This document shows, piece after piece, positions 56,275-64,000 of a stretch of DNA of 64,000 nt (its first letter is position 1; each line of letters begins with the position of its first letter). The notes beneath the pieces are model-generated. The model did no database searches, had not been told where the DNA came from, and saw only the letters and a list, made by a program, of their open reading frames with translations. Origin of the DNA: Treponemataceae bacterium (lineage in GTDB: Bacteria; Spirochaetota; Spirochaetia; Treponematales; Treponemataceae); NCBI GenBank assembly GCA_045627325.1, contig JAZQNK010000068.1, positions 5,562 to 69,561 of the forward strand, in the 5' to 3' direction. The position numbers were made by a program, and so were the translations under genes.

Positions 56275-58698
56275 TTAGTCCATATGATGAAATTCTGAAA
56301 CAAGGCGGGCTTCTTCGAGAAAACTGAAAAGGCGGGCACTTTGCATTGGTTTTGCGTAGAAGAAACCTTGAATATAATCTGCACCAAGTTCTATTGCTTT
56401 ATCGAGAACTTCCTGTGTTTCAACACCTTCTGTAATGATGCTCAGATTAAAGCTCTTGCAGGCATCAATAATTGCTTTTACAAGCACATCTTGTCTTGCC
56501 GAAAGCCCCAATTTAAAAACAATCTGCCTGTCAAGTTTCAGCGTATCAACCGGCAGGTTTGCAAGATAATTTATGCCACTGTAGCCTGCACCAAAATCGT
56601 CAAGTGCAACACGAATGCCAAGAGATTTAAGCTGAACAATTTTTTCCCTTACAGACTCAAACGAAGTAATCAACACAGATTCTGTAATTTCAAATTCAAA
56701 AAGCGAAAGAGGAACCTGCGAATCTGTAAGTATTCTCTTTACACGGTCAAAAAAGCCGTGCTGCAAAAGCTGCACGACAGAAAGATTTATTGAAATTGTG
56801 TCTATGCTTGTTTTTCTGTTCTGTATGACTTTTGCAAAATTGCAGACATTTTTAATGATTATATCGCCTAATTCATTGATGAACCCGTTTGCTTCTGCAA
56901 CTGCAACTGCTTCTTCCGGGCCAATTACAATCTGGTTGTTTTTTATACGCAGCAAAGCTTCAAGCCTTGTAAATTTTCCTTCTTTAATTGAATAAACAGG
57001 CTGATAGACAACTTCAATGCCAGTCTGATTATTAATTGCGTCAAGTACAATGTCTTTTATTATATTGCTTCGTCCAACCGCGTCGTTGATGATACTGTTA
57101 TAAACAATACACAAATTGCGTTTTATTAAAGATTTGGAATATTTGAGCGCAGTTTTGCAGCTTCGCAAAAGTTCTGTCGGCGTTGTTCCATGGTCTGGAA
57201 AATCTGCACGACCGGCATTCATGCTGATTACATATTTTCCGGCCGGAACTTCAACCGGATTTGCAAAGAAATCTTTTATTTCGCGTATTACATTTGCACA
57301 TTTTGCACCGTCTGCATTCGGCGTAATTATTACAAATGTATCTCCGTTGTAACGGTAAACATTCGACTGCGAAATTGTATCGAGCATGGCTGCTGTCTTG
57401 CGAAGCAGCATGTCGCCGGTTTTTACAGAAAAAAGCTCGTTGAAATGGTCAAAATCCACAACATCAATCATAAAAATTGAAAAATCTTTTCGCTCTGTGT
57501 GGATAAATTCTTCAAGAGCACGGATTAATGCGCTTCTGTTGCCTATGCCAAGAAGCGGGTCAGTAAAAGCCATGACTTCAAGGTTTGCCTGATAGGCTGA
57601 CATGGAAGAAATTGTTTCATTAAGCGTTTCGGCAAGAATGTTTAAGTTTTTATCCTTGTAGTTTTCAAAACAAACATCCTGGTTGCCGATTTTGATTTCC
57701 ATACAGCGTTCAACCATTTTGTTTAACGGAGCATCAAGACGCTTATAAAGCAGAATGTTGACAAAAACAGCCGCTGCAAACATAAAAACTGAAGTAACAA
57801 GCAAAAGCCGAAGCGATGCAAACGCATCAGCTGCAAGTTCACGTCTGTTTACAGATGCACAAAGTACAATATTGAATTCCCGGTTAATGGTTGAAACTGC
57901 AATGCGTTCCGGTTCACCGTTTACTTTAAAAGCTGTTTCTGTAAATTTTTCATAAATATCAGGTACAACTTTTTCTGCAAAAGCCGCATCAGTCAGCATT
58001 TCAGCCCATTGGTCAGCAGAAAGCGAACCGCACATAATGTTAAGATAATTATCAAAAATATAAAGCTGGCCGCTTTTTCCGAATTTCTGGCGGTCAAAAA
58101 AGTTATAGAAAAAACTTCTTGATGTCTTTGCAACCATAAATCCGCATGTTTCACTATCTTTTAAAACCGGAATAATAAAATACGGAATTGAAGAAACATA
58201 ATCAGGCAGTGTTAAAAAAAGCGGATTTCCGTCAGAAAAAGTATTCAAAAACATCCATGAAATTACATTTTCAAGCAGAATTCTTTCCTGCGGAAAGCCT
58301 TTTATTTCTATCTGTTTGCCGGAAACGTCATAATATTCAATTGCTTCAATAACCGGCAGTGCCGTTTCTATTACATTTGTCTGCCAGCGGATTTTTTCAG
58401 TTAATTCATCAGAAAGGCTGCCGCTGTTTCCTGCAATAAAATCAACAAACTGAGAATCTGATGCAAGATTTGAAAGCTGTATTTCGGCTTCGTGCAGTGC
58501 AGTGCCGATTTCATCTGTATAAAGCTGCAGTTCTTCTGCCATTGAAGCAGTGCTTGATTTGCGGACATTCCGGTAAGTAATTACAAATGCCATTGAAATC
58601 ATTACGAGAAAAAGAAAAAGACAGAGAACAATTGCAATTATGTATGCATTGTCTAAAAATGAGAAAATATTCTTTTTCCTAATTTTCCTGTTTCTCAT
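56275..58698 (-). CDS. Membrane sensor protein with a degenerate GGDEF domain and an intact EAL domain (c-di-GMP phosphodiesterase type)
   Basis: 2 TM flanking a Cache-like periplasmic region. The GGDEF position reads YNGDTFVIIT (NGDTF). EAL motifs RLEALLR, DDFGAGYSG, LKLDR, ITEGVETQE. Confidence 0.85.
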   Translation of the reverse strand: MRNRKIRKKNIFSFLDNAYIIAIVLCLFLFLVMISMAFVITYRNVRKSSTASMAEELQLYTDEIGTALHEAEIQLSNLASDSQFVDFIAGNSGSLSDELTEKIRWQTNVIETALPVIEAIEYYDVSGKQIEIKGFPQERILLENVISWMFLNTFSDGNPLFLTLPDYVSSIPYFIIPVLKDSETCGFMVAKTSRSFFYNFFDRQKFGKSGQLYIFDNYLNIMCGSLSADQWAEMLTDAAFAEKVVPDIYEKFTETAFKVNGEPERIAVSTINREFNIVLCASVNRRELAADAFASLRLLLVTSVFMFAAAVFVNILLYKRLDAPLNKMVERCMEIKIGNQDVCFENYKDKNLNILAETLNETISSMSAYQANLEVMAFTDPLLGIGNRSALIRALEEFIHTERKDFSIFMIDVVDFDHFNELFSVKTGDMLLRKTAAMLDTISQSNVYRYNGDTFVIITPNADGAKCANVIREIKDFFANPVEVPAGKYVISMNAGRADFPDHGTTPTELLRSCKTALKYSKSLIKRNLCIVYNSIINDAVGRSNIIKDIVLDAINNQTGIEVVYQPVYSIKEGKFTRLEALLRIKNNQIVIGPEEAVAVAEANGFINELGDIIIKNVCNFAKVIQNRKTSIDTISINLSVVQLLQHGFFDRVKRILTDSQVPLSLFEFEITESVLITSFESVREKIVQLKSLGIRVALDDFGAGYSGINYLANLPVDTLKLDRQIVFKLGLSARQDVLVKAIIDACKSFNLSIITEGVETQEVLDKAIELGADYIQGFFYAKPMQSARLFSFLEEARLVSEFHHMD

Positions 58699-59612
58699 CA
58701 GATTTTTTCCAGCTCAAAAGGTGTTTCCTGATAAACATAATAGTTCAGCCAATTTGAATAAAACAAATGTGCATGGCTTCTCCATGTTGAAACAGGACGG
58801 TTTTCAGGATTATCATCCGGAAAATAATTGTAAGGCATTTCTATCTGTTTGTGTTGACTTATATCACGAAAATATTCTGCACCAAGCGTTTCTGTGTCAT
58901 ATTCAAGATGACCGGTCATAAATACACGGCGGTTATCCTTTGATTTTACAAGAAGCACGCCTGAACGTTCTGACTCTGCAAGAATCTGCAGTTCCGGCAC
59001 TTTTAAAATGTCTTCTTTGCGCACTTCTGTATGTCTTGACTGTGGAGAAGGGAACCTGTCGTCAAAACCACGCATAAGCGGATCATTTTTGACTTTCCGT
59101 GTATTCTGAAAAATGCCGAACATTTTTTTTTCAAGATTATACTTTGGAATTCCATAATGGTGAAAAAGACCTGCCTGTGCACCCCAGCAGATATAAAGCG
59201 TTGAAAAAACATTTGTAGAAGCAAAATCCATAATCGTCGTAAGTTCTTTCCAGTAATCAACTTCTTCAAATGGAAGCTGCTCAACTGGTGCACCTGTAAT
59301 AATCATGCCGTCATATTTTTTGCCGGCAATGTCTTTTGGCGTTACATAAAATTTTTCAAGATGTTCTGCGCCTGTGTTTTTTGATTCATGCGTCGACATG
59401 TGGACAAGAGATATTTCAACCTGAAGAGGCGTATTTCCAAGCAGGCGGAGCAGCTGTGTTTCTGTTGCAATTTTTGTCGGCATCAGATTGACGATTGCAA
59501 TCTGCAGCGGTCGAATGTCCTGCAAAGCAGCCCGCTGCTCTGTCATTACGAATATATTTTCTGATTCAAGCACTGAACGTGCAGGTAAATCTGACTGTAT
59601 TTTAATTGGCAT
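58698..59612 (-). CDS. metA: Homoserine O-acyltransferase (MetA family)
   Basis: MPIKIQSDLPARSVLESENIFVM N-terminus. Active-site region LYICWGAQAGL. The stop overlaps the next gene's start by 1 nt. Confidence 0.9.
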   Translation of the reverse strand: MPIKIQSDLPARSVLESENIFVMTEQRAALQDIRPLQIAIVNLMPTKIATETQLLRLLGNTPLQVEISLVHMSTHESKNTGAEHLEKFYVTPKDIAGKKYDGMIITGAPVEQLPFEEVDYWKELTTIMDFASTNVFSTLYICWGAQAGLFHHYGIPKYNLEKKMFGIFQNTRKVKNDPLMRGFDDRFPSPQSRHTEVRKEDILKVPELQILAESERSGVLLVKSKDNRRVFMTGHLEYDTETLGAEYFRDISQHKQIEMPYNYFPDDNPENRPVSTWRSHAHLFYSNWLNYYVYQETPFELEKI

Positions 59613-59787
59613 AATTCTTCCGAAATAATTTCAGGCGAATCTTAGTTTTGTCTGATTTTCTAAAAAAGAAAAGATTTCACCCTAAAATAACACAGATGAT
59701 TATATCATATAATCAATAAAAAAGTCGCCCACCAAACTGTATTTTGATGCAAAATCTTTTTAAAGACAGAATTCAACTGCAAGCTTT

Positions 59788-62190
59788 TCAGTCGCATACT
59801 TTATCCGGATCCCAGTTGTGTTTCGGATAACGGCCTTTCATTTCTTTGCAGATTTCAGGCCATGTGTTTTTCCAGAACCCTTCAAGATCTTGTGTAACCT
59901 GTAACGGACGTCTTGCAGGAGATAAAAGCCTGAATAAAACAGGCACGCCGCAGACTGCCGGTGTTTTTTTGCAGCCGAAAATCTGCTGGATTATTATTTC
60001 AATAACAGGAACAGGTCCGGCACTTTTGTCGATTTCTTCATATTTAACCCGAACTTCCCTGCCATTTTCAAGTTTTAGCCGGAGCGGAACAGCAGAATCA
60101 ACAGAACGGCCGTCAAATTTATAGCGAAGTGCTTCTAAAAAATTTTCTTCAGAAATCATTGAAGAACCATGCCAGAACGGCAGCAGCCACTCTTCAAGGT
60201 TTTCAAGCAGATCATCTGTTTTTTCTTCAAGGGAATGTTTTGCATAAAAGCGCGTCCGTTCATAAAAATTCAAAGATGTTTTATTCCACGGAAATGATTC
60301 AATTCCATTTTCCCTGAAAAATGAAACATACGCTTTTGCCGTATCAGACGGCTCAACTGCAAGCAATTCTTCTGAGAGAAGAATCCGGCCATAAAGTTTA
60401 CGGCGCGCCTTGCGTACTTTTCTTGCACTTTTGGTTTCTTCAAAATAAACATGAATTTCTTCTGTGCTGTGCATTTTAAGCCAGTTTTCAACATTTTCAA
60501 GTTTTTCAGCCTGATAAATGCAGCCTTGTTTTTCGCCGGAATCTGCATCAATTGCAATGATATATTCTGGAAAGCCGGTTTCTTGAAATTTCTTCTGCAA
60601 ATCTGCACATAAAGCTGCTTTTTTTCCAGAATAAAGCTGATAAATAATGCCGTCTTCTCGTCTGGCAACACGGTCAAAAAAACCGCACAGAAGCACATTT
60701 GCACCGTTTAATTCAGACGGTTCTGCATTTTTCAAATCAAGAGGAACTTCAAAAGCTTTTATTTTCTTTTCAAGATTTGCATACAGTTTTCTGGCTCTTT
60801 CGGCTGAATTTTCTCCGCTGTATTTTATGACATAATCAAGCGCATTTTTTAAATTGCCGGAAAAAGCAGCCGACGCTGCAACAGCACCAAGCCGCGGATG
60901 AATTCCAAAAGAAAGCACCAGCTTTCCTTTGGGCGTAATTAAACCGCCATCTTCGTCTTTTTCAACCAGTTCAGCTTTCTGCAAAAATTCACAGGCCTGG
61001 TTCCAGGCGCCAAGCGGCGGAAGGTCAAGCCAGTCGATTGAATCTCTTTTTAATGCACCCCACAAGGCACATTCCAGTACCAGAAACGTTATGTCTGAAC
61101 GCAGAATTTCAACAGGCAGACTCTTGAGACGCAAATCTGTTTTGTGCCACATGCGGACACATCTGCCTTTCTGAGTTCGTCCAGCACGCCCTGCCCTTTG
61201 CGTTGCAGAAAATTCACATTCACTTTCTGTAACAAGCCGGTTCATTCCTGTTCTTGGTTCAAAACGGTTTATGCGTGCAAGACCAGAATCTATTACTGTT
61301 GAAATATCCGGCACTGTCAAGGAAGTTTCTGCAATGCTTGATGACAAAATAACACGCCTTTTGCCTTTTAGGGGCATGGTCAAAACATGTTTCTGTTCTT
61401 CAAAAGAAACAGAACTGTGCAAAAGGCATATTTCTACATTTTCTGTGTTTTCAAGCTTTTCTTTTAATTTTTGTTCTGCACGCTTAATGTCTTTTATGCC
61501 GGGCAGAAATACAAGAATTGAACCGGAATTACAGGGATTTTCAAGTTCATGCATTACTGCATTTTCTATTTCTGTCTGTTTATATTCAATTTCAACAGGG
61601 AAAAGCCGCCCCGGAACAGAATAAAGCCCGCAGCTCAAATATTCACACAATTTTTTTGTTTCAATTGTAGCTGACATTACAAGCAGAAAAAGATCGTCTC
61701 GCAGTTCTTTTGCTTCTTTTAGAAAAGCAAGAAACAAATCTACATAAACTGAGCGTTCGTGAAATTCATCAATTATTACGACAGAATAACCTTCTAAAGA
61801 CGGGTCATTTTGAATTAACCGCAGCGCAACAGCTTCTGTAACAATTTCAAGCTGTGTTTCTTTTGTAACTTTTGAATCTAAGTGCATGCGATAACCTGCA
61901 AAACTGCCTAACTGTTCATCTGCAATTTCAGAAGCATATTTTGCAAGCGAAAGAACAGCAAGCCTTCTCGGTTCAAGCATAAGCACTTTTCCACCAAATG
62001 AATTTAAAAGCCCAAATGGAACTGCAGTTGATTTTCCAGCTCCAGTTTCAGCCGTCAGCACAAGGCTTTGTGACGGAGAATTTTTTAAATTATCTGCAAT
62101 ATTTTCAAGATGTTCAAAGACAGGGAGTTTTTCAAAAGAATTTTTTGCGTTCTGCCTTATTTTTTCACTTAAAAAATTTATTCTTTCCAT
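59788..62190 (-). CDS. hrpB: ATP-dependent RNA helicase HrpB (DEAH-box family)
   Basis: Walker A AETGAGKST. DEFHERS box. SAT, QRAGRAGR. HrpB-type C-terminal domain. Confidence 0.9.
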   Translation of the reverse strand: MERINFLSEKIRQNAKNSFEKLPVFEHLENIADNLKNSPSQSLVLTAETGAGKSTAVPFGLLNSFGGKVLMLEPRRLAVLSLAKYASEIADEQLGSFAGYRMHLDSKVTKETQLEIVTEAVALRLIQNDPSLEGYSVVIIDEFHERSVYVDLFLAFLKEAKELRDDLFLLVMSATIETKKLCEYLSCGLYSVPGRLFPVEIEYKQTEIENAVMHELENPCNSGSILVFLPGIKDIKRAEQKLKEKLENTENVEICLLHSSVSFEEQKHVLTMPLKGKRRVILSSSIAETSLTVPDISTVIDSGLARINRFEPRTGMNRLVTESECEFSATQRAGRAGRTQKGRCVRMWHKTDLRLKSLPVEILRSDITFLVLECALWGALKRDSIDWLDLPPLGAWNQACEFLQKAELVEKDEDGGLITPKGKLVLSFGIHPRLGAVAASAAFSGNLKNALDYVIKYSGENSAERARKLYANLEKKIKAFEVPLDLKNAEPSELNGANVLLCGFFDRVARREDGIIYQLYSGKKAALCADLQKKFQETGFPEYIIAIDADSGEKQGCIYQAEKLENVENWLKMHSTEEIHVYFEETKSARKVRKARRKLYGRILLSEELLAVEPSDTAKAYVSFFRENGIESFPWNKTSLNFYERTRFYAKHSLEEKTDDLLENLEEWLLPFWHGSSMISEENFLEALRYKFDGRSVDSAVPLRLKLENGREVRVKYEEIDKSAGPVPVIEIIIQQIFGCKKTPAVCGVPVLFRLLSPARRPLQVTQDLEGFWKNTWPEICKEMKGRYPKHNWDPDKVCD

Positions 62191-63554
62191 CAGTTTTCAT
62201 CTTTCGTAATTTTTTTAGAAACAAGATATCGCGTAGACGGGCCTTTGCCAAGCAAAACAAGCGTACCATCTTTTGTCATATCCCTTAAAAGCCTTACAGC
62301 AAGAGATTGAGAAATTCCAAGTGCAATCTGCAAATCGTGCCGCGTAATAAAACCTCTTTTTTCTGCAAAAGCAAGAACAGCATCTCTATGTTTTGCCTGT
62401 GCAGGTGAAATTTCTGCATCAGATACTGTGCTTTTCTGCCATTCATTCATATTCGGCAGCATAAGTTTAAAAGCATTGTCACTTACAGAAATCTGCGGCG
62501 AAGGCATTTTTGTAAATTTTGTTTCTACCGGCAATTCATCTTTATAGCTTGCAAAAATACGCGGCAACCCGGAACCATAAGCTTCAACAAGCATTAATCT
62601 GTAAAAAACTTTTGAAAGATTCGTATTTCTGGCAGCAGACACGCCAAGCATAATATCATCGCGCCTTAGACCTTCAACAAGACCGCCTACAGAAATTATC
62701 TCAAAACGGTCTTTAAAAATGTGAATCAAAATGCTTGCACTCAAACTGTAATCTCGATGAACAATTGCATTCAATAAAGATTCGCGTACTGCGACCGGCG
62801 GGAAATCCCTCAAATCAGTTCGATAAAGACCAGTAAAACTTGAGCTTATGCAATTATGAAAATCAATCCATTCATAAACATCATTAAGCTGCGTCAAAAG
62901 AGAACCGCCGAATTCACGTCTGTCTTTAAAAGTTTTTGTGTCATTCCCTTCAAAAAGTGCAGCTTTTATTGTATGAGTACACTGATCCGACAAAAGCAAT
63001 GCAAGATTTGTGTACTGACCTTCTGCCGTTATAAGCCCAAGCCGGCGTTTATCGCGCCCTGTAAACGAAATATTTCTTGCAGCAAATTGCCGCGACAACT
63101 CTACGAAAGTTAACTTTTGATCTAACGAGCGCTGTTCTTCATAACGTTCACCACCTGTTTCCTGTGTCATTTTAAAAATTGCAGCTTCAGAAGCCATAAC
63201 AGACTCTGACCCGTGGCGCACATAGACACCGGCAGAACGCATGCCTTTATTTGCAAGATAATACGGACGTGCATTTCCTCTTTGAACTGTAATTTTTATG
63301 ACATTTTTATCTTCAAGTACTTCCGTTATATAAGAAACGAACATAGTTATGTCAGGTTTTATAGCCTGGCGGATTGAACTGGAAAGCCTGAGCATTTCGT
63401 CATCAACATTTTCAACGCCGCAAACAGAACCATCATCATTTACGCCGACATAAATTATTCCACCAGCTGTATTTGCAAACGCAACAACTTCTTTTTTGAT
63501 TTCGTCTGTAAACTGACGCTTCAGTTCAAGATTTGCACTTTCGTTTATGTTCAT
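62190..63554 (-). CDS. AlbA_2 (Schlafen-like) / HATPase_c_4 / wHTH protein (COG2865-type putative regulator)
   Basis: ESANLELKRQFTDEIKKEVVAFANTAGGIIYVGVNDDGSV is the AlbA_2 signature. Central AIVHRDYS...AYGSGLPRI. C-terminal winged-helix-like region. The stop overlaps the hrpB start by 1 nt. Confidence 0.75.
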   Translation of the reverse strand: MNINESANLELKRQFTDEIKKEVVAFANTAGGIIYVGVNDDGSVCGVENVDDEMLRLSSSIRQAIKPDITMFVSYITEVLEDKNVIKITVQRGNARPYYLANKGMRSAGVYVRHGSESVMASEAAIFKMTQETGGERYEEQRSLDQKLTFVELSRQFAARNISFTGRDKRRLGLITAEGQYTNLALLLSDQCTHTIKAALFEGNDTKTFKDRREFGGSLLTQLNDVYEWIDFHNCISSSFTGLYRTDLRDFPPVAVRESLLNAIVHRDYSLSASILIHIFKDRFEIISVGGLVEGLRRDDIMLGVSAARNTNLSKVFYRLMLVEAYGSGLPRIFASYKDELPVETKFTKMPSPQISVSDNAFKLMLPNMNEWQKSTVSDAEISPAQAKHRDAVLAFAEKRGFITRHDLQIALGISQSLAVRLLRDMTKDGTLVLLGKGPSTRYLVSKKITKDEN

Positions 63555-63743
63555 ATTTGCCTCAAGATAAATTAACAGCGCATAATTTTATGCAGAAACC
63601 CCAAAATAAAGGATAAAACTGTCTAAAAATCTAGCAATTTTCCAGCACAATTCTAACACATTTTAAGTCAATTTCAAGATTAATAATAGAAAAAGATTTT
63701 TAAATTATCTTATAAACATTACAAGAATCATTCCATTTTGCAC

Positions 63744-63771
63744 AAAAAAAGGGCCGGCACAAAACCGACCC
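63744..63771 (-). terminator. Intrinsic terminator of the partial gene at the window end
   Basis: Minus-strand GGGUCGG / CCGGCCC (7 bp including one G-U), followed by UUUUUUU. Confidence 0.6.
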
Positions 63772-63798
63772 TTCTGCAATCATGTAATATTAAAAATT

Positions 63799-64000
63799 AC
63801 TTAACATATTTAAGCAAAACAGAACCATCTGCAGCATCTACTTCATACCAAATGTCAAGAGAAATGCCTTCGACAGTTTTCTGATTGATTTTGAGCGTAA
63901 AATCAAATTCGTTTGTTTCGCCGGCCTTGATGTTTTCGCCGATTACAGTACCTTCAACACCTTTTTCATCAATTTCAGCCCACCAGTTTACAGCAGCTGT
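63799..64000 (-). CDS. 3' end of an unidentified gene (C-terminal 66 codons only)
   Basis: The open frame to the window edge translates as ...VNWWAEIDEKGVEGTVIGENIKAGETNEFDFTLKINQKTVEGISLDIWYEVDAADGSVLLKYVK*. It is followed by a terminator. Beta-sandwich-like, family not recognised. Confidence 0.4.

Noticed and set aside
59613-59787. Possible SAM riboswitch or T-box in the metA leader.
   Set aside because: The reverse-complemented leader has none of the SAM-I/SAM-II conserved blocks and no specifier/T-box sequence. Only an extended -10 (TGATATAAT) is recognisable.
1-64000. Looked for rRNA, tRNA, CRISPR arrays, IS elements, integrases, prophage genes and recognisable defence systems.
   Set aside because: None was found by eye. 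There are no regularly spaced direct repeats, no transposase/integrase/recombinase-like ORFs and no tRNA cloverleaf signatures in the intergenic regions. The COG1373 ATPase remnant and the AlbA_2 gene are the only loosely mobile-element- or defence-associated families, and neither forms a recognisable system.

Overview
A gene-dense, AT-rich 64-kb chromosomal segment with about 50 protein-coding genes on both strands. I saw no rRNA, tRNA, CRISPR array, transposase or integrase. The gene content suggests a host-associated, plant-fibre-using Treponema-like spirochete: CheX, HD-GYP, many GGDEF/EAL/PilZ proteins, a LysM/Slt cell-wall cluster, an ApbE/Ftp flavin-transfer module, and a GH10 xylanase plus a CE2 esterase. 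That taxonomic guess is inference only. Most of the window is core metabolism and signalling: putP, uppP, trxA, prfA-prmC-rel, metA, hrpB, larEBC, two two-component systems, three GGDEF proteins, one HD-GYP protein and one CHASE2 adenylate cyclase. Items most worth a second look: (1) a yybP-ykoY-type Mn2+ riboswitch with an overlapping terminator, upstream of an ArsB/NhaD-superfamily permease, which is an atypical regulated gene; (2) a larE-larB-larC nickel-pincer cofactor operon with no larA in the window, led by two similar small membrane proteins; (3) a prfA / Nudix-PrmC fusion / RelA-SpoT homologue cluster in which the RSH has a degenerate hydrolase domain and no ACT/RRM domain; (4) an HD-GYP <-> PilZ-RlmM-CheX locus in which the PilZ gene overlaps an rRNA methyltransferase gene, with a 14-bp perfect inverted repeat in the divergent promoter region; (5) an unannotatable minus-strand pair of small ORFs (22 and 29 aa) with duplicated perfect Shine-Dalgarno blocks, next to a decayed ATPase gene; (6) a translationally coupled SH3b-M48 protease-CHASE2 cyclase operon; (7) a lipoprotein reductase with two FMN-binding domains, next to ApbE, a Gx-transporter-like protein and a NusG-domain-II protein. 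All protein family calls come from motif recognition by eye. No database search was run.
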